A DNA stretch of 64,000 nt, from the IMG/VR virus record IMGVR_UViG_2061766007_000921. One strand, given 5' to 3'. The notes beneath the pieces were generated by a model. That model did no database searches and was not told the origin of the DNA. It was given only the letters and a program-made list of their open reading frames with translations. This DNA comes from an uncultured virus (IMG/VR IMGVR_UViG_2061766007_000921) (lineage: Duplodnaviria; Heunggongvirae; Uroviricota; Caudoviricetes). This document shows, piece by piece, positions 1-11,700 of this stretch. Numbering within the stretch: the first letter of the stretch is position 1; each line of letters starts with the position of its first letter. A program made the translations under genes and the position numbers.

Positions 1-2213
1 GTACCTGCAACTCCTTGAGTGCCTTGTGTACCTTTAACACCTTGAGTTCCTTGCGTACCTGCAACTCCTTGAGTGCCTTGTGTACCTTTAACACCTTGAG
101 TTCCCTGTGTACCTTGAACTCCTAAGGTTCCTAAGCTTGTTAACGCTAAGTGACCACCACCTCCTAAAAGAACATATGCATTTCCAGCACCTTGAGTTCC
201 TAAAGTTCTATCATAAAACCCTCCATTAGATGATAAGCCGTTTGCTTGTGCTGCAGTTACATTTGCTTCTGCAATAGATGTAACAACAGTAATACTCCAA
301 GCTTTTAATACATTTGTATAATTTCTAGAAAATCCTGTGAGTACATCTCGTATTACTATATGTACATACGACCAACTAGTATTAGATTCACCTATATAAA
401 TTGCAAAATTATTAGATGCATCTGCTGCAAATCTTACTTTATGTACAGCATTAAATACTTCAGAAAAAATATTAATCCAATTATGGCTGGCAGTATATGT
501 ATATCCTCCGCAATGTACAGTAAATGATGTATTAGTAGAATAATTATAAACATCAATCCACATTGAACACATCATTGCTGCCATTCCTGAAGGAATTCCA
601 ATTCTTATATATCCTGTTGCAGAAGATGCACCCATATAATATCTTCCTCCTTTAGGAGTAACAATAAAATATCCATCATTTGTACCATATCCATCAGATA
701 AAGTATTTCCAGAAGTAACTAATTTTTCATTATATGTCGGTCTTTCTGTTCCTTCACCTAAATATAAATTGCCAGAAGTATCAAAATTTCCTATCCATTT
801 AGCAATAGTAGTACTGTATAATCCGAATCTAAAATTAGTAGAATCTATAGTTCCAAGAACCCATTTTGGATTTCCAGAAGTTGCATTTCTAAATCCAAGA
901 GAAACTTCTCCACTTGGACTACTAATTACTAATCTTCCATAAGCAGATGTTTTATATCTTACTTGTATTCCTGCATAACTATTGTCATAAGATCGTATTT
1001 CAAAACAACTTGCATCAACATATCCTGCACTTGAACAAGTTCCTACATGCCATTGTGTACTTCCAGATTTAAAATTTATATATGACCAGGTACCGGCAGG
1101 ATTCTGTATTGTAATTCCTGGCGCACCTTTTGTCCATATTCCTCCTGCCATGCCAACTGACACACCTAGTACACCACTATTAAAAAATCCTATTTGGTGT
1201 TCTCCTGCATAAGTACCCAATGGTGTTTTAGAAGTATAATTAGTATTATGTGATGCATCATTACTCCAATTTGTATGGAAATAAGCCATACCGTATAATG
1301 AATTTGGATTTTTACCATTATCAGATATGTAATATGCTGTTCCCATACTCCATACGTGTCCAAGGCATTGAGAGTCATATACTCCATATACACCCGCTGC
1401 TCTTGTAGAAGTAGAATAAGGATACATACTTCCATATTCATTTACTACAAGTCTATTATTTACATTTATTTTTTGTGTAAACAATTCTTTCCAAAAATAA
1501 CTTGAAGTTCCTAAATTGACAGTTTTTGTTGTTCCAGAATGTATTGCCCCACTCTCTAAAATAAACTGAGAATTTACTGCACTTACAGAATCTCCTGCAA
1601 GCATCGCTAAATATCCATTTGAAGGTACTCTAATATAACTATATGAGCTTGCTCGATTGAATACTAAATGATCTGCTCCTCCTATAGAAGAAGAATCAAT
1701 TGTTACATTTCCTTTAAACCAAGAAGTACCATTTACAAAGAAATTATATGATGGAGTTACTCCCGTATTTATAAACTCATTTACATATAATGACTGTCCT
1801 TTTATTTGTACTGATGGTCTATTAGTAGCAGAAAATACAGTATTCCATCCTATTCCATTAGCAAGTGTATATCCATTTTTAAATATAAATGAAGTTACTG
1901 AATTTGCATTACTAAATACAAGCGCTTCATTTCCAGCAGTCATGTATTGAACTCTTGAATAATATCCTGAATTATTAGGTCTGAATTCTAATGCAAGTTT
2001 TCCTTCAATAAATTCAATAGGACCTGCTCCTGTCATTCTTCCTCCTGCTAATGGAAGATATGAACCTAAATCACTTGTAAGTGCATATTCAGAACCATGT
2101 CTGCCATCGAGCATATCTGCATTAAGATTTGTTACTAAAGTATCGTCATTAACAAAAATTCTACCAACAAATCTTGACGGGCCTGAAACTAATAAATCTT
2201 TTAATGTTGCCAT
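1..2213 (-). CDS. Tail fibre / receptor-binding protein with a collagen-like segment (3' end runs off the window)
   Basis: Not in the ORF track because it has no stop. Hand translation from ATG at 2213 gives MATLKDLLVSGPSRFVG...LNADMLDGRHGSEY...YLPLAGGRMTG, motifs typical of phage fibres. The frame stays open to base 1 and ends in GVQGTQGTQGVKGTQ repeats. Confidence 0.85.
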   Translation of the reverse strand, partial: MATLKDLLVSGPSRFVGRIFVNDDTLVTNLNADMLDGRHGSEYALTSDLGSYLPLAGGRMTGAGPIEFIEGKLALEFRPNNSGYYSRVQYMTAGNEALVFSNANSVTSFIFKNGYTLANGIGWNTVFSATNRPSVQIKGQSLYVNEFINTGVTPSYNFFVNGTSWFKGNVTIDSSSIGGADHLVFNRASSYSYIRVPSNGYLAMLAGDSVSAVNSQFILESGAIHSGTTKTVNLGTSSYFWKELFTQKINVNNRLVVNEYGSMYPYSTSTRAAGVYGVYDSQCLGHVWSMGTAYYISDNGKNPNSLYGMAYFHTNWSNDASHNTNYTSKTPLGTYAGEHQIGFFNSGVLGVSVGMAGGIWTKGAPGITIQNPAGTWSYINFKSGSTQWHVGTCSSAGYVDASCFEIRSYDNSYAGIQVRYKTSAYGRLVISSPSGEVSLGFRNATSGNPKWVLGTIDSTNFRFGLYSTTIAKWIGNFDTSGNLYLGEGTERPTYNEKLVTSGNTLSDGYGTNDGYFIVTPKGGRYYMGASSATGYIRIGIPSGMAAMMCSMWIDVYNYSTNTSFTVHCGGYTYTASHNWINIFSEVFNAVHKVRFAADASNNFAIYIGESNTSWSYVHIVIRDVLTGFSRNYTNVLKAWSITVVTSIAEANVTAAQANGLSSNGGFYDRTLGTQGAGNAYVLLGGGGHLALTSLGTLGVQGTQGTQGVKGTQGTQGVAGTQGTQGVKGTQGTQGVAG

Positions 2214-2311
2214 AAATTTACATATACTATATTGATATTTATTTGCTATTTACATTATTTGCAAATTACTATCAAATACGGAAAGAAATGGATAAAAGAT
2301 AAAATAGTTAC

Positions 2312-3019
2312 TTAATACTCTATAAAAGATTTTGCTTTAGTTTTTTCATTTGAAATTGAACAGCAATGAAAATCTGGTGAAGATGCAAATGTTCCTGTTC
2401 CATTATTTACATAAAATGATTTTCTAACTAAATCATACATTCCTATTACATTATCAGAATTTCTTTTTGCAGGAACTAACCATACTTTAAGCTCGTCAGA
2501 TTCAGATAATCTAAAATACCAAAGTTTTATTTTTGCCACGCATGAATCTGCAGCTTGTGCCATTATATAAAATGTTACACCTGAAGTTGAAGTGCCAGCA
2601 GTGCCAGGAGAAAATGAATATTCTATTTTATTGTAAGATACTGTATTAATTGTATGAACTGTAGTAAAATGCTGATATATATTTTGTGATAATGTATGAC
2701 AAACTCCTCCACCGGCTTTAGTATTTGAATATGCTGCTAATGCAGTATCACTATTATATCTTATAATTCTAAATGTATTATTTGCTTCTGCTTTATATGC
2801 TCCATAAGGAGCTTGGTATGAAGAATTTAATCCTGTAAATTCCCATTCACATTCTATCTTATAAGTAGATACAGTAGAATTATATGCATACTCTGTATTA
2901 ATATATTGTGTTCCTGTTCCTTCAATATATTCTAAAGCAGTATATTCAGATGGTAAAATATTTTCTATCATCTGACTTTGGTTATGTATACCAGTTTTTG
3001 TAATATTTGGATTACTCAT
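2312..3019 (-). CDS. Virion fibre-associated beta-sandwich protein
   Basis: LEYIEGTGTQYINT ... LVPAKRNSDNVIGMYD module, paralogous to the middle of 3752..5617. TATAAATA lies upstream. Confidence 0.6.
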   Translation of the reverse strand: MSNPNITKTGIHNQSQMIENILPSEYTALEYIEGTGTQYINTEYAYNSTVSTYKIECEWEFTGLNSSYQAPYGAYKAEANNTFRIIRYNSDTALAAYSNTKAGGGVCHTLSQNIYQHFTTVHTINTVSYNKIEYSFSPGTAGTSTSGVTFYIMAQAADSCVAKIKLWYFRLSESDELKVWLVPAKRNSDNVIGMYDLVRKSFYVNNGTGTFASSPDFHCCSISNEKTKAKSFIEY

Positions 3020-3077
3020 ATCAAAATATTTATATGAGAAATTTCGCTAATAGATAAAATATAAATTAATTGTAAAT

Positions 3078-3755
3078 ATGGAAAATCATTCTAAAGTTAT
3101 TCAAGAATCTGAATATCAACCTATAACTTATAACTTTGATATTGGAAAATATCAAGTTTATTATAAGAAAGAAGATTATTATGATTTTGCTGGAAAGGTG
3201 GATGGAATGTGTTATGTTACATATATAGAATTTGACCATTGCCCTGATTCAGTAGAATTAAAGTCTGCAATAAGTGAACAATATGATAAACTTATTAAAG
3301 ATAAAATTCTTTATGGATTTTATTATTATAAGTTAATTCCGGGTACTGATACCAGAGAAGATAAATTTTGGAGAATATATCTTTCTCAAGAAAATCAAAT
3401 GAACTTGTGGAACAACTATACTATGGCCAAAAATCTAAATGGCATAAATCTTCCATATACAATAAAATGCGGCGATGGATTTAATATTGAATATCTTGAA
3501 ATAAACACTATTGAAGAATTTGAAGACTTGCTGCTTGAGATGAGCAAGTTTATCACCAAATGTCAAAAAGACGGATGGCAAGAAAAAGATTCAATTGATT
3601 TTAATTTATTTGATAATGAAATACGTGAAAAATTTAGACAAGTTCGAGAAATCGAAAATGCTATAAATAATCCACTCGATAGTAGTACAGATAGTAGTAC
3701 AGATTCTTCTACAGGAAATGATACTATTGTAATTACTCCTGAAGATAGTTTTTAA
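3078..3755 (+). CDS. DUF4376-like tail fibre assembly/accessory protein
   Basis: IYLSQENQMNL...LPYTIKCG resembles DUF4376-type proteins of Bacteroidota phages. It lies among fibre genes and has a C-terminal DSST x3 repeat. Confidence 0.5.
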   Translation: MENHSKVIQESEYQPITYNFDIGKYQVYYKKEDYYDFAGKVDGMCYVTYIEFDHCPDSVELKSAISEQYDKLIKDKILYGFYYYKLIPGTDTREDKFWRIYLSQENQMNLWNNYTMAKNLNGINLPYTIKCGDGFNIEYLEINTIEEFEDLLLEMSKFITKCQKDGWQEKDSIDFNLFDNEIREKFRQVREIENAINNPLDSSTDSSTDSSTGNDTIVITPEDSF

Positions 3756-5617
3756 ACTTCATTAAGTTGATAAGCAAATAAATTTCCAGTATTATCTACG
3801 GATGCTGCTGTATGATAAAGTTCTAAAATATCTTCAGCAGACAATGCTGTTGCATATAATCTTATATCTGATAAATTTCCATATAAAAAATAGCTTGTGC
3901 TGTATGATGCTATTTTATTACTTACATTGCTTGACCAATTAAAATTATTACTATTTGAAGTTGTTCCTATTAATTCTCCATTTAAATACAATGATACTCC
4001 GGTAGATGATTTAACACCAACCCAATGTATCCAAACACCTGTTGTTATTGTTCCTTGTGGAGAATCACAAGATCCACTTGTTAAATTTGTTCTAAAATAT
4101 GTTTTACCTGCTGAAGTTATTTCACATGATAATCCATACCAAGCAGTATATAACATAGTTCTTCCGGGACTTGATGGAGGTAATTGATCTAATTTTACCC
4201 ACATACTAACAGTTGCTTCATTTGTTAAAAAAGATGGAAATATAGGAGGTGCTATGTATTTACTATCACCGAATTTTGTACTAAATTTGTATCTCGCTTC
4301 GCTTGATTCTACTGTTAAATTTCCATATGCTGTTCCATCATATCTATATCCAGAAACATCTGCTATAGAAATTGTGCTATTTATTGCAGGACCGGCAGCA
4401 AAAGACTCATTACTTGATGTATAAAATGTATCAGTTATAAATTCATACATTCCTACTGCAGCATCAGATAATCTTTTTGCAGGAATGAATATTCTTGCAT
4501 ATTCTCCATTTTTATAAATTGAAGCATAATATATTCTACCTTTAAATGAATAACTTGTAGTATTACCTCCATAAGAACATAACCAAAGATTTCCATTAGT
4601 GTTACTATAAGTATTTGTTATAGTTCCTTTATCTACATAATCTGCATACAGATGCTTATTTTTCCATTCTGCTCTGTGAACAAGTGAATCTTGTGGAAAT
4701 CCTATAACATATTGTTGGCCATCTCCATTGTTAGCATAAATTCTTGTACCGTTAGAACTATAATAATAAAGCCAAAAATATGTACTTGAAGATCCTGATG
4801 ATAAGATCATTCCATTATTAGTTAAATCATTTCCTTTATAAATTATTTCAAATCCATCTACTTCAGGATTAAATTTCAATCCAGTATCAAAATATGAAGT
4901 TCCAGAGCTTTCTATATATTCTAATTGTTGATAGCCTAATGGTAATATATTATTATTAGATAATTCATCTAATTTATAATGTAAAACTAATGCTTTTGAA
5001 ATTTCTTTTACTTCTTTATCTGATAGACAATGATCATAAATTCGAACATCATTGATTTTTCCTTTTAATGTAAATCCATTTGTATATGTAGCAGCTCCAA
5101 TTTTTAAATCATTACTATTTGAATTTTGACAAATTCCTCCAGATGATGATTGTCCTACATATTCTCCATTTATATAAGCTGTTGTTTTTGTTCCATTATA
5201 TGTTACAGCAATATGATACCATTTGTTTATTAACACTTTTGAAGGTAAACTTATAGATGTACTCCAACCTCCTCTATTAGGTATCAATAAATTAGCATAT
5301 CCATCACTATAATTATATAAACCAAAACAACAATTTCCATTACTAGTATTCCAGTTTCCGCTACTTAAAATTGTACTGCTATGACTTGTTGCTGCAGAAT
5401 TCATATAAATCCATGCACACATAGAATATTCAGTGTAGGTTTTTAAATCATTCATATAACCAGTCAATAAAATACCATTACCATCTGAAGTAGTAGTATA
5501 GCATTGTCCTATAATTCCAGAATTATTCACTGTCATTCCACTATTAGTAACAGTAACATCACTCAATCCTTGATTATTCAAATTTCCATTTAGCGGTAAC
5601 CAAACTACTAAACTCAT
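3752..5617 (-). CDS. LamG/concanavalin A-like lectin-domain virion protein (two LamG domains)
   Basis: Two LamG-like units (WYHIAVTYNGTKTTAYING...GKINDVRIYDHCLS and WIHWVGV...LYLNG...LSDIRLYATALS). Start moved to ATG 5617 (MSLVVWLPLNG), downstream of an ATAAATA motif. Confidence 0.8.
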   Translation of the reverse strand: MSLVVWLPLNGNLNNQGLSDVTVTNSGMTVNNSGIIGQCYTTTSDGNGILLTGYMNDLKTYTEYSMCAWIYMNSAATSHSSTILSSGNWNTSNGNCCFGLYNYSDGYANLLIPNRGGWSTSISLPSKVLINKWYHIAVTYNGTKTTAYINGEYVGQSSSGGICQNSNSNDLKIGAATYTNGFTLKGKINDVRIYDHCLSDKEVKEISKALVLHYKLDELSNNNILPLGYQQLEYIESSGTSYFDTGLKFNPEVDGFEIIYKGNDLTNNGMILSSGSSSTYFWLYYYSSNGTRIYANNGDGQQYVIGFPQDSLVHRAEWKNKHLYADYVDKGTITNTYSNTNGNLWLCSYGGNTTSYSFKGRIYYASIYKNGEYARIFIPAKRLSDAAVGMYEFITDTFYTSSNESFAAGPAINSTISIADVSGYRYDGTAYGNLTVESSEARYKFSTKFGDSKYIAPPIFPSFLTNEATVSMWVKLDQLPPSSPGRTMLYTAWYGLSCEITSAGKTYFRTNLTSGSCDSPQGTITTGVWIHWVGVKSSTGVSLYLNGELIGTTSNSNNFNWSSNVSNKIASYSTSYFLYGNLSDIRLYATALSAEDILELYHTAASVDNTGNLFAYQLNEV

Positions 5618-5657
5618 ATTTAATATATTAATTTCTAAATATTTATTATACAAAAAT

Positions 5658-5686
5658 AAAAGGTTCTAAATTAATTAGAACCTTTT
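5658..5686 (-). terminator. Rho-independent terminator (bidirectional-type hairpin)
   Basis: AAAAGGTTCTAA-attaa-TTAGAACCTTTT just after the stop of the giant collagen gene. Confidence 0.75.
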
Positions 5687-5708
5687 TATTTTATTAACTT
5701 ATTGATTA

Positions 5709-8700
5709 TCAATCAAATATAAAATCTAATGATTTTGTTGTTGTATTATATTTCAATGTTACGGCATTATCTACTTTAAATTCAGTTGACATCAATGTAC
5801 CAGTATTAGGAATATATTTCAATTTAATATTTGTTGTATATAAATCTCTTGCAGTTCCTATAGTTCCTGATGTTGCACCTGCTCCATTTGCCCACAAAGG
5901 ATATTGTTCTGAAGTATTTGTAGAGTTATCAAGCAATCTTAATTGATCTGCCATCTTAGCGTAATAGAAACCAGCGGTCCAATCTTTATCAGCAGTTCCA
6001 TTATAACTACTATCAGTACCATTTGCAAGTTTTGCTTTAACTTCTTTTACAAATCCTGGTAATCCTTGAACACCTATATAACCTTGAGTTCCTTGCAAAC
6101 CTCTAAGACCTTGAGTACCACGAGTACCTTGATAACCTGTAGTTCCTAAGAGACCTTGAGTACCGCGAGTACCTTGATTTCCTGTAGCACCAGTAGTTCC
6201 TCTGTAACCTTGTGTACCAAGTGTACCAGTTAAACCTTGAGTACCAAATGTTCCATAATAACCTTGTGTTCCACGAAGACCTTGTGTACCTCTCAATCCC
6301 TGAGTACCTCTTGTTCCAAAAGTACCAACATATCCTTGAGTTCCTAAAGTACCAGTCAAACCTTGAGTACCGAATGTTCCGTAGTAACCTTGTGTACCTC
6401 TCAATCCCTGAGTACCTCTCAATCCTTGAGTTCCTCTTGTACCAAAAGTACCAGTGTATCCTTGTGTTCCTAAAGTACCAGTAAGGCCTTGAGTACCAAA
6501 TGTTCCATAATATCCTTGAGTACCTCTAAGACCTTGAGTACCACGAAGACCTTGTGTACCTCTTGTTCCAAAGGTTCCAGTATAACCTTGTGTTCCTAAA
6601 GTACCAGTCAAACCTTGTGTACCAAATGTTCCGTAGTAACCTTGAGTGCCTCTAAGACCTTGAGTACCTCTCAATCCTTGTGTTCCTCTTGTACCGAATG
6701 TTCCTGTATAACCTTGAGTACCAAGTGTACCAATCAAACCTTGTGTACCAAATGTTCCGTAGTATCCTTGAGTTCCACGTAAACCTTGTGTTCCACGAAG
6801 ACCCTGTGTACCACGAGTACCAAAAGTACCGGTGTATCCTTGTGTTCCTAAAGTACCAGTAAGACCTTGTGTACCAAATGTTCCATAGTAACCCTGTGTT
6901 CCACGAAGACCCTGAGTTCCACGTAATCCTTGTGTACCTCTTGTACCAAATGTTCCTGTATAACCTTGAGTACCAAGTGTACCTGTTAATCCTTGGGTAC
7001 CAAAGGTTCCATAATATCCTTGTGTACCAAGTAATCCTTGAGTTCCACGAAGACCCTGAGTACCAGTTAATCCCTGAACACCTTGATAACCTTGAGTTCC
7101 TAAAGTACCAGTAAGACCTTGAGTACCAAATGTTCCGTAGTATCCTTGGGTTCCGATTAATCCTTGTGTTCCTCTTAATCCTTGAGTTCCTCTTGTACCA
7201 AAAGTACCAGTATATCCCTGAGTACCGAGTGTACCTGTTAATCCTTGAGTACCAAATGTACCATGATAACCTTGAGTTCCGATTAATCCTTGTGTACCAC
7301 GAAGACCTTGTGTACCATGAGTACCAAATGTTCCTGTATATCCTTGAGTTCCTAAAGTACCTGTCAAACCTTGTGTACCACGAGTTCCGTAATATCCTTG
7401 TGTACCAACTAATCCTTGTGTACCTCTAAGACCCTGCGTACCATGAGTACCAAAAGTACCAGTATATCCTTGAGTACCAAGTGTACCTGTCAATCCTTGG
7501 GTACCGAATGTACCATAATATCCTTGAGTACCAATTAATCCCTGTGTTCCTCTTAATCCTTGAGTTCCAGTTAATCCTTGAACTCCTTGATAACCTTGAG
7601 TACCAAGTGTACCAGTCAAACCTTGAGTACCAAATGTTCCGTAATATCCTTGTGTGCCAATTAATCCTTGTGTTCCACGAAGACCCTGAGTACCTGTCAA
7701 TCCTTGTGCTCCTTGATAACCCTGAGTTCCTAAAGTACCTGTTAATCCTTGAGTACCAAATGTTCCGTAATATCCTTGTGTACCAATCAATCCTTGAGTT
7801 CCTCTAAGACCTTGAGTACCAACTAATCCTTGAGTGCCTTGATAACCTTGTGTTCCTAAAGTACCAGTCAAACCTTGAGTACCGAATGTTCCATAATATC
7901 CTTGAGTTCCTACAAGACCTTGAGTACCAACTAATCCTTGTGTACCATGAGTACCAAAAGTACCAGTGTATCCTTGTGTTCCTAAAGTACCTGTTAATCC
8001 TTGAGTACCAAATGTTCCATAATATCCTTGTGTACCGACCAATCCTTGAGTACCTCTAAGTCCTTGAGTACCGTGAGTACCGAACGTTCCTGTATATCCT
8101 TGAGTTCCTAAAGTACCAGTAAGACCTTGAGTACCGAACGTTCCATAGTATCCTTGAGTACCAATAAGACCTTGGGTTCCAACTAATCCTTGAGTACCAA
8201 CTAATCCTTGAGCGCCTTGATAACCTTGGGTTCCTAAAGTACCAGTCAAACCTTGAGTACCGAACGTTCCATAGTATCCCTGTGTACCAATCAAACCTTG
8301 TGTACCAGTAAGACCTTGGGTACCTGTTAATCCTTGAGTTCCTTGATATCCTTGAGTACCAATCAATCCTTGTGTTCCAACAAGACCTTGGGTACCATAA
8401 TATCCTTGTGTACCAATCAAACCTTGAGTACCAACCAATCCTTGAGTACCAACTAATCCTTGTGTACCATAATAACCTTGAGTTCCTACAAGTCCTTGTG
8501 TACCAATTAATCCTTGTGTACCAACTAATCCTTGGGTGCCTTGATAACCTTGAGTTCCTAAAGTACCAGTAAGACCTTGTGTACCAAATGTACCATAGTA
8601 TCCTTGAGTACCAATCAAACCTTGAGTACCAATTAATCCTTGAGTACCAATTAATCCTTGAACTCCTTGATATCCCTGAGTTCCCTGCAATCCTTGAGTA

Positions 8701-11700
8701 CCAACTAAACCTTGAACTCCTTGATATCCTTGGGTTCCTTGTTCACCTTGAGTACCAAACAATCCTTGAGTTCCAGTAAGACCCTGAGTTCCTTGATATC
8801 CTTGAGTACCTTGTAATCCTTGAGTTCCAACTAAACCTTGAATACCTTGGTATCCTTGGGTACCAATCAATCCTTGTGTTCCTTCAAGACCTTGTGTTCC
8901 AACAAGACCTTGAGTGCCGAAGTATCCTTGAGTTCCAAGTTCACCTTGTGTACCAATTAATCCTTGTGTTCCAATCAATCCTTGAACACCTTGATAACCT
9001 TGAGTTCCTTGTAATCCTTGTGTTCCAACAAGACCTTGAGTACCAAAATATCCTTGAGTTCCTTGTTCTCCTTGAGTACCAACAAGTCCTTGTGTACCAG
9101 TCAATCCTTGTGTGCCTTGATAACCTTGAGTACCTTGTTCACCTTGAGTACCAACAAGTCCTTGTGTTCCATAATAACCCTGAGTACCAATTAATCCTTG
9201 AGTACCTACAAGACCTTGTGTTCCAACAAGACCCTGAGTTCCTTGATATCCTTGAGTTCCTTGTTCTCCTTGTGTACCAACTAATCCTTGAGTACCTACA
9301 AGACCTTGGGTTCCTTGATAACCTTGTGTACCATATTCTCCTTGAGTTCCTTGCAATCCTTGAGTACCATAATAACCCTGAGTACCAATTAATCCTTGCG
9401 TACCAACCAATCCTTGAGTACCAGTCAATCCTTGTGTGCCTTGATAACCTTGAGTACCAAGTTCTCCTTGTGTGCCAATCAATCCTTGAGTTCCTTGATA
9501 TCCTTGTGTACCAATTTCACCTTGAGTGCCAATCTCACCTTGAGTACCAGTCAATCCTTGTGTGCCTTGATAACCTTGAGTACCAAGCAATCCTTGTGTT
9601 CCAACAAGACCTTGTGTGCCAATCAATCCTTGAGTTCCTTGATATCCCTGTGTACCATATTCTCCTTGGGTTCCAACAAGACCTTGAGTTCCTTGATATC
9701 CTTGAGTTCCAATCTCACCTTGAGTTCCTACAAGACCCTGAGTTCCAGCTAAACCTTGTGTTCCTTGGTATCCTTGAGTACCTTGTTCTCCTTGAGTTCC
9801 GACTAATCCTTGAATGCCTTGATAACCTTGAGTTCCAAGTTCACCTTGTGTACCAAACAATCCTTGGGTTCCTGCAAGACCTTGTGTTCCCTGATAACCT
9901 TGAGTTCCTTGTTCGCCTTGTGTTCCTACAAGTCCTTGTGTACCTTGATATCCTTGTGTACCAAGTTCTCCCTGAGTTCCGATTTCACCTTGAGTGCCAA
10001 CCAATCCCTGAGTTCCTTGATATCCTTGTGTACCGATTTCACCTTGTATTCCTTGTTCTCCTTGTGTACCGAATAATCCTTGAGTACCTTGATATCCTTG
10101 AGTACCTTGTTCACCTTGAGTTCCGACTAATCCCTGAGTACCAAAATATCCTTGTGTACCAAGTTCTCCTTGTGTACCAATTTCTCCTTGAGTACCTACA
10201 AGACCTTGGGTACCTTCATAACCTTGAGTACCTACAAGACCCTGAGTACCTATAAGACCTTGTGTTCCTTGGTAACCTTGTGTACCGATTTCACCTTGTG
10301 TTCCAATTTCTCCTTGAGTACCTACAAGACCCTGAGTTCCTTCATATCCTTGAGTACCAAATTCTCCTTGTGTACCAACTAATCCTTGTGTTCCTTGGTA
10401 TCCTTGCGTACCGATTTCACCTTGAGTGCCAATCTCACCCTGAGTGCCAACCAATCCTTGTGTACCTTGATATCCTTGAGTTCCAATTTCTCCTTGAGTA
10501 CCTACAAGACCTTGTGTTCCTTGGTAACCTTGAGTACCGTCATATCCTTGAGTTCCAAATTCTCCTTGAGTACCAATTAATCCTTGTGTTCCTTGGTAAC
10601 CTTGAGTTCCTATCTCTCCTTGGGTTCCTATTTCTCCTTGAGTTCCTACAAGACCTTGTGTTCCCTCATAACCTTGTGTTCCTTGTTCGCCTTGAGTTCC
10701 TACAAGCCCTTGTGTACCTTGATAACCTTGAGTACCAATTTCACCTTGAGTACCAATTTCACCTTGCGTGCCAATTAAGCCTTGTGTACCTTCATATCCT
10801 TGAGTTCCAAATTCACCCTGAGTTCCTATCAATCCTTGTGTTCCTTGGTAACCTTGAGTACCGATTTCACCTTGTGTACCAACTTCACCTTGAGTTCCTA
10901 TTTCACCTTGAGTTCCTTGGTATCCTTGTGTACCAATTTCTCCTTGGGTACCAATTTCTCCTTGAGTGCCAACAAGTCCCTGAGTGCCCTCATATCCTTG
11001 AGTTCCAATTTCACCTTGAGTACCAATTTCTCCTTGTGTGCCATCATAACCTTGTGTGCCAAGTTCTCCTTGTGTGCCAATTTCTCCTTGTGTACCTATA
11101 AGACCTTGTGTTCCGTCAAATCCTTGGGTACCAATTTCTCCTTGAGTTCCAATTTCACCTTGAGTTCCTACAAGTCCTTGAGTACCTTCATATCCTTGAG
11201 TTCCAAGTTCACCCTGAGTTCCGATTTCACCTTGAGTTCCGTCAAATCCTTGTGTGCCAATTTCACCTTGAGTTCCAATTTCTCCTTGGGTGCCAATCAA
11301 TCCCTGAGTTCCCTCATAACCTTGTGTACCAAATTGTCCTTGTGTACCTTCATATCCTTGAGTTCCGTCAAATCCCTGAGTTCCGATTTCTCCTTGGGTG
11401 CCAACTTCACCTTGTGTACCAATTTCACCTTGTGTTCCTTGATATCCTTGTGTTCCTATTTCTCCCTGAGTACCAATCTCACCTTGGGTACCTTCGTAAC
11501 CTTGAGTTCCAAGTTCACCTTGTGTTCCGATTTCGCCTTGTGTACCAGTTTCACCCTGAGTTCCTTCGTAACCCTGTGTACCAAGTTCACCTTGAGTTCC
11601 GATTTCGCCTTGGGTTCCGTCAAATCCTTGAGTACCAAGTTCACCTTGTGTGCCAATTTCTCCTTGAGTGCCAACTTCACCTTGTGTACCCTCGTAACCT

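Noticed and set aside
1190..1441. 83-aa minus-strand ORF from the track
   Set aside because: It is an alternate frame inside the longer fibre gene 1..2213 and has no protein-like features.
1..5617. Diversity-generating retroelement acting on the fibre genes
   Set aside because: No reverse transcriptase, and no near-identical template/variable repeat pair differing at adenines, was seen.
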